Shown here: in pieces, positions 51,316-60,850 of the stretch
Numbering within the stretch: the first letter of the stretch is position 1
Layout: each line of letters starts with the position of its first letter
From: Promethearchaeota archaeon
Lineage (GTDB): Archaea; Asgardarchaeota; Lokiarchaeia; Sigyniarchaeales; SOKP01
Reading direction: 5' to 3'
Length of the DNA stretch: 64,000 bases
NCBI GenBank assembly: GCA_048939995.1
Contig: JBHLOY010000002.1
Span: 128,001 to 192,000, forward strand
Position numbers and translations under genes: made by a program
The notes under the pieces: generated by a model
Seen by the model: only the letters and a program-made list of their open reading frames with translations
Databases searched by the model: none
What the model was told of the DNA's origin: nothing

Positions 51316-51457
51316 TTGAATTCAACTAAGGTTTTCAAACAAATTTTAATTTTATAGGATATTTTGAAAGATCTTATTATAATGTATTAGTAAAAAGTTT
51401 TTTTATATCTCCATTTAATGATAGCTTAAGAAGAATCAAATGTTAAAATGAATAAAA

Positions 51458-52843
51458 TTGGATTTTAGAATTGAAAAAGATGTCCTAGGAGAAATTCAAG
51501 TCCCAGCTAACGTTTATTGGGGTATTAACACACAACGAGCAATTCAAAACTTTCAAATTAGCGGAAAGAATCTTCCTTCAACATTTATTTTATCCCTAGC
51601 GAATGTGAAAAAGGCATGTTTAATGGCGAATTTAGAATTAAAATTAATAGACCAACAGAAAGCAGATGCAATCCTCAAATCTTTAGATGAAATATTGAAT
51701 GAAAAGAAATATTTAGATCAATTCCCAATAGATGTATTCCAAACTGGGAGTGGGACCCAAACTAATATGAATATGAATGAAGTGGTTGCAAACAGGGCTA
51801 ATGAAATTTTAGGGCATCCTTTAGGTAAAAAATCTCCAGTACATCCAAATGATGATGTTAATAAATGCCAATCATCTAATGACGTCATTCCCTCTGCGAT
51901 GCATCTCTCTACAATTCATCTGATTCGAGAGAAGCTAATTCCATCCCTAAAAAATCTAAAGAACAATTTAGATTTAAAGATTAAGCAGTTTAAAGACATC
52001 ATAAAGGTAGGAAGAACTCATCTCCAAGATGCTGTTCCAATCCCTTTATCGTTAGAATTTGAAGTATATAGGAAGCAAATTGAAATTAGTCTTCAAAGAG
52101 TAAATAACATACTAGAAGAATTACTTTTTATTCCCATAGGAGGTACCGTAATTGGAACTGGTTTAAATTCTCATGATAAATTCTCAGATTTAGCTGTACA
52201 ACATCTTTCTAAAATTACAGGTTATCACTTCAAGAGTAATTTAGTTAAAGCTGAAGGAATTGCCTCACATAATACTATTACTGCTATGAGTAGTGTAATT
52301 CGATCTTTAGCATTATCATTACTAAAGATGGCTAATGATATAAGATGGATGGGTAGTGGACCACGAGCAGGTCTTTCAGAGTTAATTCTTCCTCGGAATG
52401 AACCAGGTTCTTCTATTATGCCAGGCAAAGTTAATCCGACTCAATCAGAAGCACTCATTCAGGTGTGCTTGCAAGTAATTGGAAATGACACAACAATCAC
52501 ATATGCGGAGGGTTATGGAAGTATCTTAGATTTAAATGTTTGTAAGCCTTTAATGATTTCTAATTTAATTGAGTCCATAAATCTACTTAGTAATGCGATT
52601 AATTCATTTATCAGCCTTTGTCTTAATAAAATTGAAGCAAACAAAAATCAAATAAATTCCAATTTAGAGAGGATGCTTATGGTAGTTACTAAGCTTACAC
52701 CAATTTTAGGATATGACCAATGCTCTGCAATCGCGATGAAAGCATATAAAGAAGGTAAAACAATAAAAGAAACAATCAGAGAGATGGGTATTAAAGTTGA
52801 AGGAGATTTAGATGAATTATTAGATCCAAAAAAAATGGTTTAG
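51458..52843 (+). CDS. fumC: Class II fumarate hydratase
   Basis: QTGSGTQTNMN, HPNDDVN, QSSND, GRTHLQDA, GSSIMPGKVNPTQ. Confidence 0.93.
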   Translation: MDFRIEKDVLGEIQVPANVYWGINTQRAIQNFQISGKNLPSTFILSLANVKKACLMANLELKLIDQQKADAILKSLDEILNEKKYLDQFPIDVFQTGSGTQTNMNMNEVVANRANEILGHPLGKKSPVHPNDDVNKCQSSNDVIPSAMHLSTIHLIREKLIPSLKNLKNNLDLKIKQFKDIIKVGRTHLQDAVPIPLSLEFEVYRKQIEISLQRVNNILEELLFIPIGGTVIGTGLNSHDKFSDLAVQHLSKITGYHFKSNLVKAEGIASHNTITAMSSVIRSLALSLLKMANDIRWMGSGPRAGLSELILPRNEPGSSIMPGKVNPTQSEALIQVCLQVIGNDTTITYAEGYGSILDLNVCKPLMISNLIESINLLSNAINSFISLCLNKIEANKNQINSNLERMLMVVTKLTPILGYDQCSAIAMKAYKEGKTIKETIREMGIKVEGDLDELLDPKKMV

Positions 52844-52860
52844 TTAAGGGGAGTAAAGGT

Positions 52861-53913
52861 TTGAAAAAAAATATGACTTTAGAAGACATTAGAGAAGCTG
52901 CTAGGAAAAAATTAATGGGATTCTGTGCAGTCTATAAGATTTGTGATGGAGATTCAACTAGAATATGCCAAGGTCAAAGTTATGGGCGACCATTGAATTT
53001 TGGAGGAATTGGAAGTGGTGTGAGCTTCCATAATAATGTTACTGCTTTTAAAAAATACAGATTGAAAATGAGTTTAATTGGTGAACATTTTGAACCGGAT
53101 ACCTCCTATAATTTCTTTGGAAAACTACTAAGTATGCCAATAATGGGAGCTAGTGTCGCAGGTGTAAACAGTTTCGGAGGTGATAATGTAATCACCGAAA
53201 AAGAATTTTGTAGATCGGTGATTCTTGGATGCAAAGAAGCTAAGACAGTTGGTTGGAGAGGTGATACCTATACCTATTCTCTTGAAAATTCTTATGGTCT
53301 TGATGCTATTGCTGAAGCTAAAGGATGGGGAATTAAAATTGTAAAACCAAGAGACCAAGATATTATAAAGCAATTCTATAGAAAGGCTGAAAGTATTAGG
53401 TGTATAGCAGTAGGTATTGATATTGATGGATGTGGTTCTTATGCTATGTCAACTCATAATCAACCAGTTTACAGAAAAAGCATTGAAGAATTAAAAGAAC
53501 TTGTTGCATCAACTAAATTACCAGTAATAATTAAGGGTATAATGTGTGTTGAGGATGCAGAAGCTGCAATTGAAACTGGTGCTGCTGGGATAGTAGTTTC
53601 AAATCATGGAGGGAGAGTCTTAGATCATACTCCGGGAACCATCGATGTTCTTCCCGAAATTTCTTCAATAGTTAGAGGAAAAATAAAAATTTTTGCTGAT
53701 GGTGGAATAAGAACGGGATATGATGTACTAAAGATGTTAGCATTAGGAGCAGAAGCAGTTTTAATAGGAAGAGATATAGTACGAGCTGCTGTTGGGGGAG
53801 GAATTGAAGGGGTCTATATACATATGGATTATCTCCAAAAAACACTTGCTAAAGCAATGAAAATGACAAATTGTAGGAATCTCTCAGAAATTAGTCCTAA
53901 TATATTGCAATAA
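52861..53913 (+). CDS. FMN-dependent alpha-hydroxy-acid dehydrogenase with N-terminal Cys cluster
   Basis: IKGIM, VSNHGGRVLD, DGGIRTG.DVLK.LALGA..VLIGR; N-terminal C.....CDG....C. Confidence 0.85.
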   Translation: MKKNMTLEDIREAARKKLMGFCAVYKICDGDSTRICQGQSYGRPLNFGGIGSGVSFHNNVTAFKKYRLKMSLIGEHFEPDTSYNFFGKLLSMPIMGASVAGVNSFGGDNVITEKEFCRSVILGCKEAKTVGWRGDTYTYSLENSYGLDAIAEAKGWGIKIVKPRDQDIIKQFYRKAESIRCIAVGIDIDGCGSYAMSTHNQPVYRKSIEELKELVASTKLPVIIKGIMCVEDAEAAIETGAAGIVVSNHGGRVLDHTPGTIDVLPEISSIVRGKIKIFADGGIRTGYDVLKMLALGAEAVLIGRDIVRAAVGGGIEGVYIHMDYLQKTLAKAMKMTNCRNLSEISPNILQ

Positions 53914-54008
53914 TGCAATTAAAGATTCTCTATGAATATTAAAATGGAATTATAACTAAATTAACTTCTGGAAACAAATTCCTTTATAAATAATTAATTA
54001 AAAGCCAT

Positions 54009-54089
54009 GGTAAATTATATTATCGGGGATATTCTCTTGAGGATTTAGTAGAAAAATCTTCATTTGAAGAAGTAGCTTATTTATTATAG
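54009..54089 (+). pseudogene. gltA: Citrate synthase N-terminal remnant
   Basis: Translates [26 protein letters not shown], the conserved G-x-L-x-YRGY...FEEVAYLL motif; no start codon or remainder. Confidence 0.85.
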
Positions 54090-54156
54090 TCTTATTGATA
54101 TTGAATATTATCGAAATGGTGGGATTCTAAATACAGTTCTACGTAATATGTTATAA
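54088..54156 (+). pseudogene. acnA: Aconitase A C-terminal remnant
   Basis: Translates SLIDIEYYRNGGILNTVLRNML*, matching the AcnA/IRP terminus E-x-x-YY-x-x-GGIL-x-x-VLR. Confidence 0.8.
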
Positions 54157-54294
54157 AGTGAAGTTTTTCTAATCATTTTAGATTATCTATTCTAGATAGA
54201 ACTTCCAAACGAAGTATTTCATATGAATGAATCTAAAATGAATTCAACTAGCAGTCAAAATGCTAATAGAATGAGAGGTAAAAATCTCAGTTAT

Positions 54295-54441
54295 TTATAT
54301 ATTTTCGTACTTATCTTTTGAAGCCTTACCTATGGAGTCTTTAGCTCCGCACTTTTCGCAAAATTCTCTTTTTGTGTGAGTAAATTCCCCACATTCAGAA
54401 CATATGAATGGGTATGTTTTCCTAAATAATTTTTTATTCAT
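54295..54441 (-). CDS. Small Zn-ribbon/rubredoxin-like protein (48 aa, not in ORF track)
   Basis: FICSECGEF...FCEKCGA; GAGG SD. Confidence 0.65.
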   Translation of the reverse strand: MNKKLFRKTYPFICSECGEFTHTKREFCEKCGAKDSIGKASKDKYENI

Positions 54442-54521
54442 AATATATATTCCCTCTTGGTATCATTTTTCATAAAATTTTAATTTTTTTATTATAGTTT
54501 ATAATTCTTAATTTGAACAAA

Positions 54522-55577
54522 TTAATTTTTAATAACATCTGGTGGGAGGTGAATCTCGACCTGACAAAAATTATCTCCTTTTAGAAGTGATTTTAACACC
54601 TTTATTTTTACTGGTTTCTCTATTATTCCTTCCCATTGCTGACGGTACCATCCAGTTCCACAATTACAAAAAGTTGGAGAGATACCTTTATCTAAATTCT
54701 CATTAATGAATGAACAATGACAATAATTTTTCCTTTTTTCTTCAGGAGTTTTAGCTTTATCATATTCTTCTTGGTTTACGGGAACTTTCGACACATATAA
54801 CTTATTGCCTTTTCTTATTGGTTTTTCATACCATGCATTATCTTTATGCATTTCCTTTATAACAGCGTCAATATCTCCTGTTCTCTGATATATTTCTTTC
54901 ATATAAGAGATTCGTTTTCGTGAGAAATCATGTGCACATCGAGATACGATTTCATATTTTTGATCATCATCAGTAACTTGATCTAATCGATTGAGCATTT
55001 CTTTTAGCCATTGGATTCGATCGTTATAAGAAGATTCAATTGTGAATAATTTATCTCTATCTTTCATGATTTCATTTCTTGCTTTTTTTCCTAAGATTTG
55101 GTCAATACTTCTTTCTAATCTTTTATCCCATCTGTGCAAGTTATGTTGAATCTCTATCTTATTTTCTTCAGGATTATCTAAATTATATTTATGATACACA
55201 AGTCTTAGCCATGCTGTACCTAAAACTACATGTTCTTGTCTATATCTCTGAATTTTTTGAAAACTTTCTTTTAAGGTGTCATTTGGGCCATTATGCATGA
55301 TTGATAAGACTTCCACACCATCAAGGTATTTAGTATTTAAATCTTTGAAGTTTTTTCCTTCTTGAATTGGAATGCAAACATCAATATCTTTTCCGCTTTC
55401 TGAATAAACTCCGTAATCTATCACCGCTATTGCTGGGCTGGTAGTATTTTGCTTTATCTTTTCGGCTAACTCATTTATTTTAGCTGGAATATCTGAAATT
55501 TCTCCTCGAAAATTTATAAAACTTACAAATTGTTTGTCAATTACCTTATACTCAATCCCTAAATCTTTTAATGTCAT
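54522..55577 (-). CDS. GyrI-like effector-binding domain fused to a Cys-rich (DUF6144-like) domain
   Basis: DIDVCIPI, IMHNGP in the N-half; CAH, YCHC, FCNCGTGW and SLLKGDNFC in the C-half. Confidence 0.7.
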   Translation of the reverse strand: MTLKDLGIEYKVIDKQFVSFINFRGEISDIPAKINELAEKIKQNTTSPAIAVIDYGVYSESGKDIDVCIPIQEGKNFKDLNTKYLDGVEVLSIMHNGPNDTLKESFQKIQRYRQEHVVLGTAWLRLVYHKYNLDNPEENKIEIQHNLHRWDKRLERSIDQILGKKARNEIMKDRDKLFTIESSYNDRIQWLKEMLNRLDQVTDDDQKYEIVSRCAHDFSRKRISYMKEIYQRTGDIDAVIKEMHKDNAWYEKPIRKGNKLYVSKVPVNQEEYDKAKTPEEKRKNYCHCSFINENLDKGISPTFCNCGTGWYRQQWEGIIEKPVKIKVLKSLLKGDNFCQVEIHLPPDVIKN

Positions 55578-55747
55578 TATAATTTTGCTTAACTAACTAA
55601 TCATTTAAAAGCAAATATCAGTGATATTTAAAAAAAGTTTTTACATATATCGTGTATTAGAAAATTAATCTCTTTCTTGAAAAAAAAGAGAAATAAAATA
55701 CTTTTAAAACAAAAGAATTTATAAAAAACTAAACGTGAAAAAAAATA

Positions 55748-57310
55748 ATGGCTAAGCAATATATTTTATCACATGATCTTGGAACTACAGGCAATAAGGT
55801 GGTTCTTTTTGATCTGAATTTAAATGTTATTCATCAATTAAAGGTAGATTATCCAATATATTATCCCAAAGAAGGATGGGCAGAACAAGAACCTGAAGAT
55901 TATTGGAACGCTGTAAAAGAGTCTACCAAAAATATCCTTGAAAAAGGAGGGGTGGATAAAGAAGATATTATTGCGATGGTTTTCGATTGCCAAATGAATT
56001 GCACAATTCCAGTTGATCAAGAAGGTAAACCACTAATGAGATCTATAAGTTGGCTCGATACAAGAGCATCTATCGTAGCTAGAAAATATACAAAAGGATT
56101 AATAAAAATCGCAGGTTATGGTTTAAGTCAATTACTCATGTTCCTTAAAATAACTGGTGGTGCTCCGGGAGTTAATGGAAAGGATCCTATCTCTCATATA
56201 TTATGGATCAAAGAACATCAGCCAGAGATCTACAACAAAACCTTTAAATTTTTAAGCGTTAAGGACTTTATCATTTATAGATGTACCCAAAAAGCAGTAA
56301 TTTCGAAAGATTTAGGTCATACTTCTTGGATGATGGATAGTAATCCAGATAAATTCGTTTGGTCAGAAAAGATCCTGAAGAAGTATAAAATTGATAAGAA
56401 TAAGTTACCTGAACTCAGAAGATCAGTTGAAAATGTTGGGAATTTAACTAAAAATACAGCAGATATACTTGGATTGCAAGAGAATGTTCCGGTATTTGTT
56501 GGTTCGGGAGATTTAACTTCTGCAGCAATAGGATCCGGCGCTATTATGGATAATCAGCCAGTTATTTGTTTAGGAACCGCTGATTGGATAGCAGCGCATA
56601 CGTCCGAACGATTGAAAGATTTAACTCATTATGCTGGTAGTATTTGTTCATCTCAAGATAATTACCTATGTATCTCCAAGCAAGAGACAGGTGCGACTTG
56701 TCTTGATTGGGTCATAAACCAAATGTTTAAAGATCTAGTGGAAATTCATAAAACCGATACAAAACGATTGTATAATTATATAGATTCAATTGTTGAGTAT
56801 AGCCCTGTAGGAGCCAAGAATTTGATATTTACGCCATGGATGTTTGGAGAAAGAAGTCCGATAAATGATGCTAATGTAAGAGCAGGATTTTATAATTTAA
56901 GTCTTAATCATGAAAGAGAGGATTTACTCCGTGCAGTATTTGAAGGCGTAGCATACAACATTAAGTGGGCTTTACAAATTATTGAAAAACTTGTAGGGAG
57001 GACCCAAAAGATTCACATTATAGGAGGGGGTGCTAAATCTGAAGTTTGGTGCCAAATTCTATCTGATATTCTAAATAAAGAAATTGTACAAATGCTAGAC
57101 CCTGATTTAGCAGCAGCAAAAGGTATTGCAATTATCGCAATGGTAGGATTGGGAATTATAGATTCTTTTTCAGAAGCAATTCCATTAATTAAGATTAAGA
57201 GAGAATATAAACCAAATCACAATAATACTAAGATATATCGAAAACTATATTCTGAATATTTAAAACTTTATAAGAGGAATAAGCAAATGTTTAAGAATCT
57301 AAATAGTTAA
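55748..57310 (+). CDS. FGGY-family carbohydrate kinase (xylulokinase-like)
   Basis: DLGTTGNK, WAEQEP, WLDTR, GERSP, RAVFEGVA, GGGAKS..WCQI. Confidence 0.9.
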   Translation: MAKQYILSHDLGTTGNKVVLFDLNLNVIHQLKVDYPIYYPKEGWAEQEPEDYWNAVKESTKNILEKGGVDKEDIIAMVFDCQMNCTIPVDQEGKPLMRSISWLDTRASIVARKYTKGLIKIAGYGLSQLLMFLKITGGAPGVNGKDPISHILWIKEHQPEIYNKTFKFLSVKDFIIYRCTQKAVISKDLGHTSWMMDSNPDKFVWSEKILKKYKIDKNKLPELRRSVENVGNLTKNTADILGLQENVPVFVGSGDLTSAAIGSGAIMDNQPVICLGTADWIAAHTSERLKDLTHYAGSICSSQDNYLCISKQETGATCLDWVINQMFKDLVEIHKTDTKRLYNYIDSIVEYSPVGAKNLIFTPWMFGERSPINDANVRAGFYNLSLNHEREDLLRAVFEGVAYNIKWALQIIEKLVGRTQKIHIIGGGAKSEVWCQILSDILNKEIVQMLDPDLAAAKGIAIIAMVGLGIIDSFSEAIPLIKIKREYKPNHNNTKIYRKLYSEYLKLYKRNKQMFKNLNS

Positions 57311-57347
57311 AATTTTAAAATTAAATCTTTCTTTCATTTCTTTTTAA

Positions 57348-58085
57348 TTAAATTTTTCCATAATAGATCTCAGTATCATATTCAATTCTTATCAATCCAT
57401 TTCGCTGGTATTTCTTAAAAAGATTTTCAAAGTCACTAATCATCCTTTTGTAATTTGGGTCATCTTCCAAAGGGATATATGAAGCTGAGAGTATTCTTCC
57501 TTTATATTCTTCAAGATTAACGTCTTGGAAATTATAAAATATTTTTTTTTCAAATTGAAAAAATCTTTCAATATTTTTCTCAGTTTTTTGTACTTCTTTA
57601 TAGTCTTTACCATATTTTAAGAGTAGCTGTTCGCTTTCACTGGGAAATCCTGGTGCTGTCTTTCTTCGGTTATTCCATATTAAAACGACGTAACCCATAG
57701 GTTTTATAATTCTTATAAATTCCTTTTTAGTTTTTTTGACATCAAACCAATGAAAAGCTTGACCTGCTGTAATTAAGTCAATAGAATTTTCTTTTAACCC
57801 AGTATTTTCAGCTGAACCTTCAACACTATTAAAGTTTGCATAATTGCTTAATAATTTTTCAGCAGCAGCCCTCATATCTTTATTTGGCTCAACACCATAA
57901 ACTAAATTACCATTTTTTAAAAATAATTCACTTAAAATTCCAGTACCTGAGCCAATATCTGCTACGATAGAATCACTTAAGAGAAGCTCTTTTTCAATTA
58001 GAAAATTAATTACTTCCCAAGGATATTTTGGGCGATATTTAATATAATTTTCCACTCTAGAAGAGAAGCGCTCTTTAGGGTCCAT
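57348..58085 (-). CDS. Class I SAM-dependent methyltransferase
   Basis: Y.KYRP.YP, ADIGSGTG, VEPN..M, GQAFHWFD; start moved to ATG 58085. Confidence 0.9.
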   Translation of the reverse strand: MDPKERFSSRVENYIKYRPKYPWEVINFLIEKELLLSDSIVADIGSGTGILSELFLKNGNLVYGVEPNKDMRAAAEKLLSNYANFNSVEGSAENTGLKENSIDLITAGQAFHWFDVKKTKKEFIRIIKPMGYVVLIWNNRRKTAPGFPSESEQLLLKYGKDYKEVQKTEKNIERFFQFEKKIFYNFQDVNLEEYKGRILSASYIPLEDDPNYKRMISDFENLFKKYQRNGLIRIEYDTEIYYGKI

Positions 58086-58164
58086 ATAAAATTTTATTTT
58101 ACCTATAATTCTCACTTCATCCAATTGGTAGAATTAAAAAAATAAAGATAAAAATATTTCTTAT

Positions 58165-60093
58165 TTATTTAGCATGTCTTTGTTTTATTAAGGTTAACTT
58201 TCCACCAGCTTTTAATTCTTCTAAATCAGTTTTACTGAGTGAATGAATTAATTCGGTTTCAAAACCCTTTGTTAAGTTCTTTAATCTTACTTTACCAGTA
58301 TCTAGTGTAGTTAAATCAATTTCGAATTTATCTCCTTGTTCCATCTTATTATAATCATCCTTATTTACAAAAGTTAAAGGTACAATCCCAAAATTTACAA
58401 GATTTGCTAAATGGATACGAGCAAACGATTTTACAATCACTGCTTTAACCCCTAAATACTTAGGGGCAATTGCAGCGTGTTCACGACTAGATCCTTGGCC
58501 ATAATTCTCCCCAGCAATAACAAAACCTCCATTCTTTTGTTTGGCTCTCTCTGGAAAGGATTGGTCAACTAATTTAAACACAAATTTGCTTATTTCAGGA
58601 ATATTACTACGTAAGGGAAGTATCTGAGCCCCTGCTGGCATAATATGATCAGTTGTGATGTCATCCTCGACTTTTAAGAGAACTTCACCTTCCAATATAT
58701 CTGGGATGGGATTAAATTCTGGCAAAGGTTTTATATTTGGACCACGTATAATCTCAACACCCTCTGCCTTTTCTGGGGGTAACGGAGCTATTATCATATT
58801 ATCATTTACTAAAAATTTTTCTGGCATCTCAATCATAGGCATCGTTCCAAATTTTCGAGGATCAGTGACTTGACCTTCAATCGCAGCCATCGCAGCTACT
58901 TCTGGACTTACAAGATATACATTAGCACTTTTTGTACCTGATCTTCCTAAAAAATTTCTATTGAATGTTCTTAATGAAACAGCGTCACTTTTCGGTGCTA
59001 GTCCCATACCAATACAAGGTCCACATGTATTCTCAAGAATTCTAGCCCCGGCTTCAACAAAATATGCCATTTCTCCAGAATGAATTAAATGATCGACGAC
59101 TTGTCGTGATCCTGGAGACACAGTAAGGCTTATATTTTGATGAACAGTCTTACCTTTTAACATATTTGCGGCAACTTTAAGATCTCGTAAGGAACTATTT
59201 GTACAAGATCCAATACAAACTTGATCTACTTTTAAGCCTTCAATTTGTTTGATTGATTTAACATTTCCGGGGCTATGAGGCTCTGCTACAAGGGGTTCAA
59301 GCGTACTTAAATCAATTTCAATTCTCTCATCATAAATTGCATCTACATCGGCTTCTAGGGGAATCCACTGGTCCCCTCTTTCCTGGGCTTCAAGGAATTC
59401 TTTAGTAATATCATCAGAAGGAAAAATTGAAGTGGTTGCGCCTGTTTCAGTTCCCATATTAGTGATTGTTCCCCTTTCTGGAACTGATAAAGTCTTTACT
59501 CCTGGTCCTGAATATTCCAACACTTTATTTACTCCTCCTTTTACCCCAATTCTCCGTAAAACTTCTAAGATAACATCCTTGGCGGACACAAAATCAGAAA
59601 GTTTTCCAGTTAAATGGACATTAACAATTATTGGTAGTTTTAAGTTAAACGGCTCTCCTGCCATTGCAGCTGCAACATCTAAACCACCCGCTCCGATAGC
59701 AATCATTCCTACCCCACCTCCAGTTGGAGTATGGCTATCCGAGCCCAATAATGTTTTACCAGGACGAGCAAATCGTTCAAGGTGAACTTGATGGCATATT
59801 CCATTTCCAGGACGCGATAAATAGATCCCATATTTTGCTGCTATGCTTTGTAGATATCGATGGTCATCAGGATTTTTATAATCCTCTTGAAGGGTGTTGT
59901 GGTCGATATAACTTACAGAAAGCTCAGTTTGAACCCGTGGAATACCCATTGCCTCAAATTGAAGATAAGCCATCGTTCCTGTAGCATCTTGCGTAAGGGT
60001 TTGGTCAATTTTGATTGATATATCTGTTCCTTTTTCTAAGATCCCTTCTACTAAATGTTGTTCTAAAATCTTTTCTGTTAGGGTTTTTCCCAT
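58165..60093 (-). CDS. acn: Aconitate hydratase (short Aquifex/Clostridium type)
   Basis: QDATG, YIDHN, GICHQVH, GSDSHT, IGSCTNSS, CGPCIGMG, FNRNF.GR, TTDHI, YGQGSSREHA. Confidence 0.93.
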   Translation of the reverse strand: MGKTLTEKILEQHLVEGILEKGTDISIKIDQTLTQDATGTMAYLQFEAMGIPRVQTELSVSYIDHNTLQEDYKNPDDHRYLQSIAAKYGIYLSRPGNGICHQVHLERFARPGKTLLGSDSHTPTGGGVGMIAIGAGGLDVAAAMAGEPFNLKLPIIVNVHLTGKLSDFVSAKDVILEVLRRIGVKGGVNKVLEYSGPGVKTLSVPERGTITNMGTETGATTSIFPSDDITKEFLEAQERGDQWIPLEADVDAIYDERIEIDLSTLEPLVAEPHSPGNVKSIKQIEGLKVDQVCIGSCTNSSLRDLKVAANMLKGKTVHQNISLTVSPGSRQVVDHLIHSGEMAYFVEAGARILENTCGPCIGMGLAPKSDAVSLRTFNRNFLGRSGTKSANVYLVSPEVAAMAAIEGQVTDPRKFGTMPMIEMPEKFLVNDNMIIAPLPPEKAEGVEIIRGPNIKPLPEFNPIPDILEGEVLLKVEDDITTDHIMPAGAQILPLRSNIPEISKFVFKLVDQSFPERAKQKNGGFVIAGENYGQGSSREHAAIAPKYLGVKAVIVKSFARIHLANLVNFGIVPLTFVNKDDYNKMEQGDKFEIDLTTLDTGKVRLKNLTKGFETELIHSLSKTDLEELKAGGKLTLIKQRHAK

Positions 60094-60347
60094 TAATCTC
60101 AACCTTTTTAAGCTTTATACTATTTAATTTGAATTTTTAGTAAAAATAATGAAACCCCTTATATTAAATTAGTTAAATACAAGAATAAGACTATAAAATC
60201 GCCTTTCATCCTTTTCCAATTAAGAAAGTTTCCATATATATAGATTTCCAGATTCAGAGAAATAAATCTTTAAATATTTTAAAAATACAATAAATAATAA
60301 TTGTTATTTTCAAATTTACGATTTTTAAGGTAAAAATAAGCTATAAA

Positions 60348-60839
60348 ATGGTGCTAAGTATTACACAAGAAGAGCATATTAATACAATTGATAAAAATGT
60401 AAGAGCTGAAAATCTTATAAGACAAACTAAAGTGCTGAATATTGCTAGATTAGCTAAAATGCTAGTTGATTTGTTTGGATTAGATGCTCAATTCCAAAAA
60501 GTAGATGAGAAATTAGAGGGGAAAGAAATTGAAATATATCTCAAAGAATTAGATGGATATATCACATTTATAATGACTTCAGATAGACAAAAATTTGAAT
60601 GTCATGCTGAAAAAGCAAATAATCCTATTGCGAAGATCATAATTACAGTTAAGGAAGAAAAAATCCTTAAAGTTATTAGTGAAATAATTCGTTCTAAAGC
60701 TAATATATTTGGAATAATAAAATTATTAAAATATATAATCCCAGGTAAGGCTAAAATTAGAGGTAATATAAGAGCTAGCTTAAAGTTGGCAAAGTGCCTG
60801 ATGATAAGTAAAAACGAAATGTATAAAAAACGAAAATAA
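60348..60839 (+). CDS. SCP2 sterol/lipid-carrier-like protein
   Basis: C-terminal ..GKAKIRGNIRASLKL resembles the SCP2 GKxKxxG motif. Confidence 0.5.
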   Translation: MVLSITQEEHINTIDKNVRAENLIRQTKVLNIARLAKMLVDLFGLDAQFQKVDEKLEGKEIEIYLKELDGYITFIMTSDRQKFECHAEKANNPIAKIIITVKEEKILKVISEIIRSKANIFGIIKLLKYIIPGKAKIRGNIRASLKLAKCLMISKNEMYKKRK

Positions 60840-60850
60840 GGTAATTTCGT

